Below are positions 38,562 to 51,700 of a stretch of 64,000 bases of DNA, piece by piece. The notes beneath the pieces were generated by a model. The model made no database searches. It was not told the DNA's origin and was given only the letters and a program-made list of their open reading frames with translations. Position numbers and translations under genes: made by a program. The DNA is from Moniliella sp. 'wahieum' (Eukaryota): assembly GCA_003971905.1 (NCBI GenBank), contig RSEE01000001.1:1612001-1676000 (forward strand), given 5' to 3'. Position 1 is the first letter of the stretch, and each line of letters starts with the position of its first letter.

Positions 38562-41059
38562 CTATGCTTGTGCCACGGCGGCGCGCAAGGCCCTTCGACG
38601 CGCAAGTAGCGCAGCGTGCACGCCAGTTGGTCTCGCATGTACTCCAGTGCTACATCGCCCAAGGGTCGATAAGTGGTACAGTCCGTGCGGTAACCGGAAC
38701 CAGGACCAGAACCCGAACCCGACACGAACCGACAAGAAAGACAAAGACAAGACACAATCAAGGTCAAAGTCAAAGAAAGAGAAGAAAAAGAGAAAAAGAA
38801 AAACGCATGGTCAGTCCTTCGTCCGTGCTGTCACAACGCAGAAGAGCAGCCGGCAGCAGGCACGCAAGACGGAGAGGGGCGTGGCACCCGTTCTTGTCCC
38901 TATCCCTGTGTCTGCTTTCCAAAACCAAGAACCGAAAAGCGAACAAAACAAAACAGAACAGAATAGAACAGAACAAACAAAACGTACACTTGGACAAGAC
39001 ATAAGCTTCTGACGGGGCAGCTGGTTTATCACCCGCACCGCGTTTCTTCTTCTTCTTCCCTTGTTGTGTTCTTGCTGTCCGTCCTGGGCGGAGGTAGATG
39101 GGGTAGTACGAAGTGCCGGTACGTGAGCAGAAAGGCCCTCGTACCCGTTTGATATTGGTTCGACGTTTTTGCTCTGAAGCAATATGGTTCGCTTCTTTTC
39201 CGCCTCGGTCAACAAGACACCCGGCTCACGATCTTCGTCCCTTCGTCGCCGCCCGAGCGGCGGCGGGATGGAGGATACCACAGGATTCGGACTGGGATTG
39301 GAATCGGAATTGAGATTGGAAGTAGAATTGGGATTAGGATTGGAAGCCGAATTGGAAGTGGAAGATAAAGGGAGAGCCAATCGACTGAGATGGGGCTGCA
39401 ACTGAGACTCCATATCGGACCAAAATCCAGCCGCTTGCGCCTGGGCAGCTAACGGACCAAATGCCGAAGCAGGTACAATCGATACGTCCACCACTCGCTG
39501 CGTAGGGTCCACGTACTGCGCTGGCCTCCACCCCGTCGCACCAAATACCACCGCGTTCTTCCCCCGCTCCGAGCTGGGTCTTTAGTTTCAGACCGCGTAG
39601 CCGTCGTTCCATTCCCGCCTGGGGGACACGGCCCGCTGCTCGCATTCGTGCTCGCGCCATTGCCGTTACCGTTGCCATTACCAACAGGGGGTGCAACTGA
39701 GATCGGACCGGGTCGGGGCATGGGTCCCCGGGCCCTGAGGATCCAGAAGGCGGTACGGGTCCGAGTCCCAGTCCATGTGCCTGTCCCTGACCCTGACCCT
39801 GCCGCGTACCAGGGAAAGAGCCAGGTAAATGTCGTGGTTTATCTGGGCCATTAGCACGCGGGCCATTGGGTGCGTCGCCAGGTCGGGGAGCAGGGTACGA
39901 CGCTGCGGCGTTCTCCCATCCGGACGAAGGGTGGTGGTGAGACGCTGGACGGGTCAAGTCAGGCGAAGATGGAAATACATGGGAGCTAGTCAATTTGTTA
40001 CCAAACTTGGTCCCGAGTAAGGACCAAGTACGTTCCAACGACGCTTCCGGGCGCAAGGGGGGCCAGACCGCGTGCCACCCAGCGCGGACGCACCGTACCC
40101 CGTCCCTCCGTCAGAGGGGTAGCGCAGCGCAGAAGTAGATGAAGGGTAAAAAGGGCCGCGCGAGTAGGGTGCCGAGGAAGAGGAAATTCCATACGGAGAA
40201 GCAGAAGCAGAAGCGGACGTGGATCCAGGTGCTGCCGCGGACGCAGATACAGATGCAGAACCTGGTGCATGTCCAGGTGCGTGTCCAGGTGCAGGCGCGG
40301 GACCCGAACCGGATGCACCGGCCGCACCGGCTGACGCGGCCGGTGTGGATCGCCCCCCTCATGGGGAGACGGGAGGGAAGCAATCTGGCGCAATTGGCTC
40401 ACTTGAGCCAGGTGCCAGAGCGGGTCCGATCCGTATCCTCCCAAATGCGGGGCGGTGGCCGAGGGGGACTGGGTGGTTCGTTCCTGTGCAGGGGCAGAGG
40501 CGGGGGCAGGGGCAGGGGCGGGAGAAAAGGCAGAGGAAGGGAGATGGGACGGTGCGGAAGGCCAAGCCGGAGGGAAAGGCTTAGGCTTGGACGCGTGGTT
40601 TGGGTCAGCAGACTCGTGGGGCGAAGGCTGGGAGTGTCGTGCGGCCTGGTACCGTTCCATGTGGTGCACGAGCGGGTCGGCAGTCAAGCTGCTGAGCCAT
40701 TGGCGAAAGGCGGGGTTGTTGTTGGAGCTGAGAAAGGAGCTGGAGCTGGAGAGGCGAGGCGGGTGGGCCGGGTGCGGGGGAGAGCGGGGGGTGGGTTCGG
40801 GGGGGGGTCGAGGGAGGGAGGAGGCGGGGCGGGGGGGGGGGGGGCGGGCGGCAGAGGTGGGTGGGCGGTGGCGGTGCGGCGGGGCGGCCGGGCTGGCGAA
40901 CGGGTCGAGCTGGTCGACGGCGTGGAGGGAGCGGGCAAGGAGGACCGGACTCGGCGGGGGAGAAGAGGGTGTGCTCGGGGGAGCGCCGTCGAGCGTGTCC
41001 ATGTCCAGGTCGGGCGGCGGCGGCCAGGGCGCGGCGGCGGGGGGCGCGGCGGCGGGCAT
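38562..41059 (-). CDS. bHLH transcription factor (Mlx/Ino4-like) with long disordered N-terminus
   Basis: After indel correction: LLTEAEKK.NHIASEQKRRTNIK.GYEGL...VPAL, then SEAYVLSK, intron 38650-38987, then SLEYMRDQL (helix 2). Confidence 0.75.
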
Positions 41060-43529
41060 GGCAGGTGGGAACCGGCAAGGGAGCGGAGGGCCAGAAGAGA
41101 CGGGAGATCCCCAGCAGCGGCTTCTGCGTGCGTGGCTGCCCAGCCGCGCTTTCACGCTGCCGCCCACCCCGCGGCAGCCACGCTGCCCCCGTGCCACCCG
41201 CACATCACACCCGTCTCACACCCCATCACCCCGCGCCCACACAGCCCCCGCCCATAGGGTTGCCGCGCACATCACCCCATCACCCGCGCCCAGCGACCCG
41301 CGTCACAAGCCGCGTCTTCTCGGCCGCGTGCCACACAATCTATCCCGAGCTTGCGAACGCTCAGCCGGGAGCATCAGATCATGATCCGAGGTGGTATGTC
41401 CCCGCGCGTCCGGTTGCAATGCGTGTTTTCGCCCGTCGAGTTTGTTGTGACGCGCCGCGGGACGACGCAACTGGAGCCAAACAAGCAGCAGACTGCCAAT
41501 GCCAATGCCAATGCCCACGACCCCATCAACCCGGAACCCCGACGTTGCACACCGACCGCGGACTGCGTCGGGCCTGCACGCACGAAGATAACAAAACCGA
41601 TATTGGCAAGTACACAAGAAGCTTATAGGGAGACAGGCCACACAGAGGAAAAAAAGGCAAGCAGATCATCACCATGCATCATGGCACTCAACCACGTCAG
41701 GCCCGCACTGCATTGGTCCGCAACCGTATCCGCACTTGCCTCTCCCCCCTTCCTGACCGGACCACGGGGACAGTGCAAAAATTCCTCGTCTTTCCGTCGT
41801 GCCTCATACCTTCCCCTGATGCTTCTTGACTTGGAACCACATTCTCGCATTCGGATTCAGATTCGGGCTTGGATTGGGGAACCGCGCACGTGCCTCTGTC
41901 GGGACCTGGAGCGGTATTAGGGAGCCTAAGGCCTAAGACCTAAGGCCTCAGGCTGGATCGCGAGGGGCCACGACGTGTCACCCCCTCTACTCTCATTCGA
42001 ATCGTCGGGTCCGTCATGCAGGAGCCCACCAGGCGATCTAACGAACGTCCGACGTGACGTGAGGCCTGAGGGACTACACGAACTATAGCACCCACCGTTT
42101 TGATCTGGGGACGACCTGATGTCAACGCGAATCGTGCAGCAGGGCAGGTGTACCTCTAGGTCTTCTCACAAAGCAAGATTCCTCCGCTGCTGTTTTCCCC
42201 CTGGACAGTGTGTGGGTGTTGGACCGCTGGCGCTGCCGCCTGCACATGGACATACACAGCCGCCAAAGGACGGCGGGGTACCCTGACGGTGCGGCTGCAG
42301 GCATTCCCCCCTCGCGATGATACCTGTTGGGGGTGACCTGAATATGGGAAGGAAGAAATGGATGCACGTAGCTGTGCGTGTGATGCATCGTGATGGTAGC
42401 ACTGTGGTGCGGGTGAGATGACGGTCACTTCAGTGGTTCGGGGTACTGTAATCAATCCTTCGTCCGGGTGCGCAGGGCGCTACCTTCAGTCTCTTTTTCT
42501 GGGAAATACTCTGTTTTGGTGTCTGCTCTCTTTCTCTCTCGGGCCTGCAGCCTTTCTGAACTGTATCCATGTGGCATAGTACCCACGGGAGCCACAGTAG
42601 GCTTTTGGGACGCGAACGTGCGGTTGTAGTAGTAACGCCGGTAGTTCAAGCCGGGAAGGTTCGGGCTTTCATCCCTTGCAATAGTCCTTAGTTGCTGGCA
42701 GGCAGGAACATTCTCTACTGCTAGCGTCTGTAGCTCATGCCATGATACACTCCCATCTGCCTGCTCTCTGGTGTTGTACATTTGCGACACGCGCCGCACC
42801 GTGCGACAGCAGGTGGGGGTTGGTACTTGGGCGCATGGCTAGCGCACCGCGCGTTTGTCTAGAGTCTATGCGCGCCTAAGGGGAAGCGTGGAGGTGAGGT
42901 GGTGTTACCAGTGGATCGCCGCGTCGAATGTCCGAGCGAGGGTGCGGCAGGGTGCGCTGGCGTGGCACCGCGTGGCCTCCGCACCGCCGCAGTGTCCGCG
43001 TCGGCTGCGTTGATCGGTGAGCAGAGGAGCAGGGGGGTACTCTACTGAGGCGCTGCGGCGTGGGGGAGGCGGAAGAGCGGGTGGCGCCCGCATGCACGGG
43101 GTGGGAGGCGGAGCAAGAGCGCTGCCAGGGCGGCGCGGTGCCACTGCGCAGCATGCGGTGGGCAGCGGCACGGGGCGAGCCAGCGCAGCCGCGAGCAAGT
43201 GGCTCGGCCGTCCTCGACGTCAGCGTCATCGATCATCGGCCGGCATGCTGCAGGCCTGCGCCATTGGGCCGGGGCAGGCGGGACTGCGCCGGGCACGCGT
43301 TGGGGCTGCTGCGCCGGCATACACCCGACAGAGCGAGGAGCAGCAGGGGCAGTGTCTGCGGGCGTGCGTTGCTCTTGATGCTCCGCTGCGTCTGCCCCCA
43401 CCACCCCCCTGCCCCCTGGCCTGCCTGGCGCAGCTCCTCTCTCACCCTCACCCTCGCCCCACGCCCCCACCGCCCCCGCCGTCTCTCTTCGTCCCGCCTG
43501 GCCTGGCCTGGCGCCACCCGCCCACCGCG

Positions 43530-46500
43530 ATGCGCCCCCGGTCGCCGCGCTCGCCCGCCTGCCCCTCCTCTTTCCTCATCTCCTCCTCTCCTCCTCCTCC
43601 CCCCTGGTCTCCGCCACGCCTCCACCGGCCCCCTGCTCCACTCGCCCATTCGCGTCTCGCCGCCGCCGTTGTCCGTCGGCACGCGCTCCACATCCCTCCT
43701 CTTCTTCCTCCTCTGCCTCCCATCCGTGGTGGATCCCGCCCCTGCCTTCCTCCGGCTCTGGCTCCGGCTCTGGCTCCGACTCGGGCTCCGACTCGGGCTC
43801 CGAATCCAACGCCTCTCAGGCGTCCACCGGGTCCGACTCGTCCAGCGACGAGCAGCACAAGTCTCACCACCAGTTTTCCCACTCCGCACCCTGGTGGTCG
43901 TCCGCTTCTTCTTCCTCCCACCACCACTCACGCTCAGCCTCCAGCCCCAGCTCCGGTTCCAGCTCCAGCTCATCGGCCCCGTCTCGCTCTTGGTCTCACA
44001 CCTCTAGCTCCGTCATCATCCCTCTTCCCATTCTGGATCTGGATCTGGATCTGGATCTGGATCTGGATCTGCCTTGCTTCCACCTCTCCTTCCGGATGGG
44101 GCAGCGGATCCGGCTCAGTCTCGGACTCGGGGAGCGATTCGGGAGCTTCCTCTGGCCAGCACCACTCCCGTTCCCTAACTTCCAGCTGGAGCGACTAACT
44201 CCAGCACGCACAGCAGTTCTGTTCCATGGAACGATCGCTCTTCTTCCTACTCCCATTCCGCTTCTCACAACCCGGGTTCCAACCATCCTTCCTCCAGCAC
44301 ACGCTCGCATTCCTCTGCGTCCGTCTCGGCTCGGGCTCGGACTCGGGCTCAGACTCAGACTCGAACGAGGGAAACGATTCCGACTCGGTACCGTGGTGGA
44401 TGCCCAGCTATCTTCTACCCTTCCCACCGTCCCATTCTTCCAACTCTTGGGACCTATCCAGGCTCAGAGGCACCCAGCTCCAACCCATCTTCTTCCTCCA
44501 CTTACCACTGGCTCACCATGCCCCCACTTCGCTTCGCTCCTCGTCTACCTCCTCACCTCCTCCACCCGATCCAAGTCCCATCTTGGCGATCTTCTTCGGC
44601 ATCCTCTTCGACATCCTCTTCGGCTCCGTGGTGGCTACCCTCACTGTCTTCCCCTCCTTGGGGAGGCATTTCCCCGTCCTCCTCTTCCCACACGAGTTCG
44701 GCGTCCAGCACCCGTCAGGCTCAGGCTCAGGGGATGGGAGGACAGTGGCAGTGGCAGCGGCAGTGGCAGTGGCAGTGACAGTGGCAGTGACAGTGGAAGC
44801 CAAAGCAGTACATTCCTGCCCGGCGTAGCTCTTCATCCTACCCATCCTCTCACTCTCGCTCTCACTCTCGCTCCCGCTCGTCCTCCACTTCGGAAACGGT
44901 AAGCTCGGGCTCTTCCTCTGGTAGCTCGGGGTCTGGGAGCGATCGGGGTCGGGGTCGGGATCCGACTCGCAGCCTTGGTGGATGCCACCTATATTCCATT
45001 CGCCCGTCCCGTTCCTCCTCCATTTCTTCGGTGTCCCCTCGCCTTCCTCAGGGTCAGGGTCAGGTCAAGATCAAGATCGAGACCGACAAGCTCGTTGCAC
45101 ATTCATCTTTCACTGGATCTGGAAGTGGCGGTAGCTCGTCCCGGGTTCGAGCTCGGGCGGCGGTGGATCCTCTTCTTCCTCGGGCCTGTCGAGTTGGTCA
45201 CCGTCCCACTCCAGCTCGTCTGTGGGATCGGGATCAGGATCCGGTTCGGGATCAGGCTCGGGATCCGGAAGCAGCTCCGCGTCGGACAGTAGTAGCTCAG
45301 GTACGGGATCCGGGTCCGGGTCCGGTGGAAGCTCAGATTCGAATTCACAACCATGGTGGATGCCGCCTCTCTCCTCGACCCTCTCTTCGTCACGTTCCTC
45401 GTCTCGGTCCGGATCCGAATCGGGATCAGGATCGGGATCGGGATCAGGATCGGGATCGGGACCGACAAGTTCGTTTGCTCGTTCATCGTCTGCCACGGTC
45501 GCTTCCAATTCGGTAGTTCCAGTTATGGTGCCAAGTCGAGCTCCAGCGGGAGGGTGTGCTTCGTCAGCTTCTTCCTCCGGTCGTTCCAGTTCGGACTCTA
45601 CCCCTGGTGGTTCCCCCCCGTTGGCTCTTCTTCCTCGTCGTCTCGGTCCAGCTTTCGTCAGGATCGAGTGGGTCGAGTGGGTCGAGTGGGTCTTCAGGCT
45701 CAAGTCTTCGGTGTCCAGCTCTCGCCCAACCGTCACTTCGGTGCCGCCATGGTCGTCGGTTCCTCTTCGGGGATGCGGTCCGGTCGGGATCGGTGAGTGG
45801 CTCGGTCTTCATCCGCCAACACTTCATCGGAACCATGGTGGTGCCGTTCTCGCGTTCAGTTCTCGAGTGCCTTCTTCTTCCGCTCTTTCTCAGGCTCTCT
45901 TTCATCTGGGCTCTCTTCGCCACCAAGTCCAGCTCAATTGGTTTCTAAAACAATTCCAGTTCGCTACATGGAGCTCCACGATCTCTCGTCGCCAACTAGC
46001 TCCAGCTGGTCCAGCAGCTCGCGCACTACCCCGTCTTGGTCATCCTCAAGCAATCCAATACGGGGATGGGGGGGCCACTCGTGCACAGCTATCAATCTTC
46101 TTCCACCACCTCCAGCGCTCCAGCAGCAGCAGCGCAGCAGCACCAAGACATACAGTTATGCACCCATTCTCTTCCTGATCCCCCGGCCATCTTCCTCCGC
46201 TAGTCGACGTCGGGCGGAGGCCACTATACCCAAAAGGCTAGGGTTCCGGGGGGTTCTAGTCCTGGATCGGGATCTGGAGGAGGAGGGTCTGGTGGGGGGA
46301 ATCACATGGGGGTCGGCGACGCCCAGTGCATCTCCTTCTTCATCCAGTTCTTCGGCCCACGAGCACGACCAATAACCTTCCCTGCCCGGCTCGGTGCAAC
46401 CCATGGGCGTAGCGACCCAGCAGCTGGCACAACTAGTGTTGCCATTCACTTTATTGACTCGCTTTCCTGGCCCAGCGTGGCTGGGCCCAATGCAGGTGAA

Positions 46501-48026
46501 TTGCCTGCGCAGTTGTTCCAGTTCATGCCGCAAGTGTTGTCTGTGGTACGTGCTGTTTGCTCTGCGCGATGCGCGATGCCTGTGTGACAAAGGGAAACGA
46601 AACTGACCTTGGAGTGCGCTATTACAGGGGTTGGGGATCCCCAAGGAAAAACGTGACGACCGAGTCGCTACAGCGTACAATGACGCACCAACTCGGCGTC
46701 AAAGCTGCCACCGCCAAAACTGGAACGCCTCTACACTGTATATTTGCTACATCTCCCTCGGGCCAAGTGGGGCGCTTCAAGCCGCACTTAAGAACCACAC
46801 CTCGGCCATATTTACCAAGCAAACCTCGCCAGTGAGCAAAGAGCTGGCCTCGTACCTGGACCCTAACCATAACATCCTCACGGCCGCTGGCACGTCGGCC
46901 TCGGCATCTCAACTGCACGCCAACTCGAGTGGCTCAGGGACCCATACGGTACGAAACGCGTTGATTGCGTGTGCACTGCACTGGGGGTCGTGCTGCTCGC
47001 CCTGGCTGGATCCGTATGGTGGTGTTGCCAAAAGAAGAGAAAGAACAAAACTCTGACACAACTTCACCATCCTGGTGCTACTGGTACCTCTTCTGGTCGC
47101 CTACAACGTACAGGAACCATTCGCTCATTTTCCACACGCGATGCGGACGCTAGTACCACCCCGGTCCCGCACCGCCCAGCCACCGTTCGCTCGTACGGCC
47201 TCCGCGAACGGTGGGAACTCGACCCGGCTGAACAGGATGATCTGTTGGTCTGTCTACGCCAGCGCCTGCACCTGCACTTGCTCCTCCATCTGCTTCTGCA
47301 TCTGCACCCACGCCTGCCTCTGGGCTTACCTCTGGGCTTGCGTCTGGACTTACATCGTCTCACGCCCGCTCGCCACCGCAACCACCTACCAGACACTGGA
47401 GCAGGACTGACGCGTCTCAGGGTACACTCCCCGCACCCATGCTGGGCGGGGCGCAGATCATGTCGGAAACCGGGGCGGACGCGTCACCTGAACTAACGGA
47501 ACGATGGGACGGTGATCCGTTCTTGGCTACCGCGCCTCCGCACCACGAGTACGAGTACGAGTACGAGTACACCCAAGCGGACCACGGAGTGAGCGCAGCC
47601 GGATCCCATGGTATGGTAGGTCTGGATCACTATCTCCATCCCGATACCGGTGTCGATCTGGATCCTGATGTGGATGTCGATGTGGATGCCGATACCGATC
47701 CCTTCTCGGACGTGCACCGGTCGCGCGCACCTTTACCTTTACCCTCCACGTCGCACGGTGGACATGACAGGACGGACCGGACCGAGCGCCTACTCTGTCC
47801 CCCGCGACACGTGTCAGGCCAATCGGAATGGACGCAGTCTAGTGCGGTAAGTGTGCGTGCGTCGAATGTGTCGGGCGTACCGGCCGACGCGACGGGTGCG
47901 TGTCTTACCCCGTCCCAGCGTATCCGGGAGGAATACGGTCGGTCCGAACTTTTCCCTTCCCCTCCGACGTTCCGCACTGAGGAGGAGGGTGATGAGCATG
48001 CTTCGGTTATGGGGTTGGCTCAGTAG
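43530..48026 (+). CDS. Msb2/Hkr1-like signalling mucin (Ser/Gly-rich ectodomain, HMH-like domain, single TM, cytoplasmic tail)
   Basis: Hydrophobic signal-like start; ~2.4 kb Ser/Gly/Pro-rich region; HMH-like SVAIHFIDSLSWPSVA...QLFQFMPQVL and TLYICYI...LQAALKNHTSAIFT...KELASYLD; TM VRNALIA...LGVVLLALAGSVWWCC followed by KKRK. Many indels. Confidence 0.7.
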
Positions 48027-48055
48027 ACTTCCCCCCGCCTACACTTCTCTCCTCT

Positions 48056-48093
<38 letters not shown>

Positions 48094-48455
48094 TCGCGCT
48101 CTCTCGCCCCATAGTATATGCACCCTGCAGGCCAGGGCCTCTACCCCCCCCCCCCTACTCTCCCCCCTTCCCGTTCCCTTCCCCTTCCCCTTTGGCTTTG
48201 GCTTTGCCTTGCCCTTTGCTTCTTCCCCTTGCCACTTTTTGTTACTTTGTGCGTCCTGGGACGGTGCAGGTACCTTATTTCTTCCTCCCACATCGTCCCT
48301 GGCGGTACGTTTGATATCCACTTTGAATTGCCATGCTTTCCATGCGGTGCGTGCGGTGCGTGCGTGACTTTCGCGTGCTTTGACTTTTTTTGGCGCTGCT
48401 CTGCCAGTGCTCTGGCCTCGCCTGACGCGTGACGACCCCCTCGCCCCATCATCGC

Positions 48456-48615
48456 TGTTGACATCCGTCCTAGGACCGCGCGGACCCTGAGTCACGTGAG
48501 TCAGCTTTCATTCCTTCCGAGCTCGCACCAGTCTTCTGGACGAGTCAGTCGCAGAAGCTTCTTAGTCCAATACGACGTTCAGTGCTCACATTCTGTGGTA
48601 GTAGCGAGGCCGACA
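48456..48615 (+). repeat. 5' LTR
   Basis: TGTTGACATCC...GAGGCCGACA, identical by eye to 53337-53496. Confidence 0.97.
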
Positions 48616-48715
48616 GAGTTACATCCTTATCTGCTCATCCCTGAGCTGGCCAAAACTACACCCCAACCATGGGCGCCAACGCTAACACCGATCTCTCGGT
48701 CAGCGACACCACAAT

Positions 48716-51700
48716 GGTGAACAAGCGCGATTACTGGACACCAACCGGTCGCGATCCGCCACCGATTGGCACCGACAACGAGGAACTCATGATGCTTTGC
48801 GCCGAAGCGCACCTGTGGTTCAAGAAGACGAACGACATCGATGTCGTTAAAGAGAAGATCAACAGAGCTATACACGACAGAGCCGAGTGGCTTGGATGGA
48901 AGGACGAACCTACGTCTATCACGACAAACTGGGTTCGACGGGCTACGAATTTTGTGGTGCAAAACATCCACCAAATGGAAACTCAACCCAACGCAACTTT
49001 GGGGCACCTACAGGCGCAGCCTCGCGACCCGAGTACGACCTTTACAGATCACTACGCGAGTCTCCCACCAAGAATATCAAGTGGCCTGATCTGAACAAAG
49101 ACCCGTCCGCCTACAGCGCTTGGGAAGACGAATTTCTCTTCGCGATAACAGATGCCCACCCCCCACGCAAGCGACGTCGTCCAGAATGGTCGCAGCTCCC
49201 GCTACTTCACCGAGGACCTCGACAGACGCTTGCACAACCTTCTTAGGGAAGCCATGCCGTCAACCCTCTTCCGGACTCCGCACCACCACGAAATATCATG
49301 CACCCCAGGACACGCTGAACATGCTGCGTCAGCGGTATGGATAACGCCTACCGCAAACAGAGGGCCTCTACTCATTCGCTACTTTTCGGCCGACCAAGGA
49401 AACCGATCGGGTCGAGACTACCTCGACTACATGGAAGAGATCAGTGCAAGCCTGACGCGAGCGGGCATCCCACTTACGGAAGAGCAGGAACGCACTGGGA
49501 TCCTACTCGGCTTACGCGACATGAGCATTCGCCAGCGTGAAGAGCGCTCGAGTCTAGACAAGTTACGGCAGGCCGTGATGGACATACCAGCCGCCACGTA
49601 TCCCGGTGGAGAAAGGAAAGAAACGGAGGCAAGCCGGTCAACGGAGGAACGCCTTGGACTCGACCCGACAGCGGGGGACACCACCAGCGGGGGAAAAAAC
49701 TCCAGCGGGGGCAAAGCCGGCGACGACACCTCGCGGACACAAAGACCAAGGGGCAAGACCGCACCAACCAACCCTGGCGCAGCGCGACGTCTAATAAACC
49801 TGTTGTCCCTCCGCGCAACCCAGCCGAGCCAACGCTCACGTCGCTCAGAGAGCGAGCTCTCCCGAGTCTGAAGTGATTGACGTTGATGCGGGCACAGCTG
49901 ACTACTAGGAACTCGGGGGGCGAAATGCGAATCAATCCGGGCATTATATGACAGTGGGGCATTCCCATCCATTTGGAAAGACAAATCCGTCTTCACACAT
50001 CCATGACCCCTTGCGACGACGAGATAGAGGTTGCTAACGGGACACATGTAAAGGCGGAAGGACGAGGCACGGCCACAATCCGTATCCGATGCTTAGGAGG
50101 ACACCAAATGGAGATAAAACTCCCCAACAGCCTATACATGCCCCGTTTCAGCCGAAATCTCGTCAGTGTAGCACACCACCTGTCGAACACCGGAATCGCA
50201 TCATACTTCGCCCCACCCAGAAGGGTATCTGGCTTGGTAACCCAGGATCCACCCTACGAAAAGTAACCGGCAGTGACTATCAATTCACGATCTTACACAA
50301 CCCGCGAACGCCACCCACACCCCTGCGGGCCATGGCGACCAAACCGATCAACCGGCCGACCCACCCTCAACCCCAAACTCCCTCGCAGCATCCCTGGCCC
50401 TGGACCACGTCTCTAAAGCCCACAACGCTGGAACCACGCAGCCATCGACCTCCTCCCCTGGCTTACACGATCGGAAACCGCAGGCCTCCGCGTCACAGCC
50501 AAGCATATCTCCCTCTGTCTTCAGAGTGGATTGCCCAACATGCGCGGTGGCACTAGCGACAGCATCGCCCCATCCGAGCCGGGACCGCCTCCGATCCAAA
50601 AGACCTTTCGAGGTCCTCCACTCGACGTAGTAGACCTCCCCCGGGTAACCGGCATGGGCACGATACGCCCTCGTCGCCGTTGATGACTTCACGCGGTACG
50701 TCTTCACCACAGCGATCCCGACAAAGGGCGCTGCAACGAAGGAACTGCGGAACCTCATATGCGGGAGCAACGCTACGGCCCGGACAGACTGCTGCGACTT
50801 TGCGCACGGACACGCCCCCGAATTGACAGCGCACTGCAACCTTTTCTGGACGAGCAAGGCATCACGTCAGACGGACATCCCGGGGCAGAGTGCTAGCAAC
50901 GGTGTGGCTGAGCGTGCCATCCGACCATAACGACTCGTGCAAGGCAGTTGCTCTTGGGTACAGGTCTTCCGACGTCGGACTGGTGGGAACACAGCCTCCA
51001 CGCTGCGTGCTTCACCCAAAACCAAATGCCACTCAAAACCCCGGGGAAGACAACAAATCGCGATTTGAGCGATACAAAGGCCACGCATACTCGTTACCGA
51101 TGCAACCCTTTGGCCGCGTTGCATACCTCCATCTGCCCGAGTCACGCCGCGAGCACAAGCTCAGCGCGCGGGCAGAGGAAGGTATGCTGGTAGGATACCA
51201 CCATCAGCGCGGATCAAAGGGATGGCTCTTCGCCACATACCAACCATCCCTGGGTACCTTCACCTACCGCTGGTCGAAACCGTACAAATGGGGCAACGCC
51301 ATCTACCCCCATCTCCACCCCGACCACTTCCCACCCGACATCTCCAAATCACCTCAAATTAAAATCGACAGTGAAAAAGACGCTAACCCTACTCCGCCAG
51401 CCGCGGCAGCACCCATGCCCCGAACCGCCGCCACACCCCAGACACCCGCTCCCACCACCCCCCCCCTCCGCGCCGCTACCCCCTCCGCCAGCGCACCACC
51501 CGCACCTCCCTCGACCTGCACACACTCCCAATCGCTGACGACCCCACCGACACGACCTACCATGCTCGTGCTGCAGCCGCCACGCCCCACTGCGCCGCAC
51601 CAGAGATCGGCATCGCCCGCCCCCTACCTGACACATCCGCCCCCCCGTTTGCCGACACAGTTCAACCTCCCGAATACGCCGCCATGACTGCTCTCAGCGC

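Noticed and set aside
42452..42799. 115-aa minus-strand ORF in a lower-GC patch
   Set aside because: No recognisable motif or splice context, so it cannot be supported without homology or expression data.
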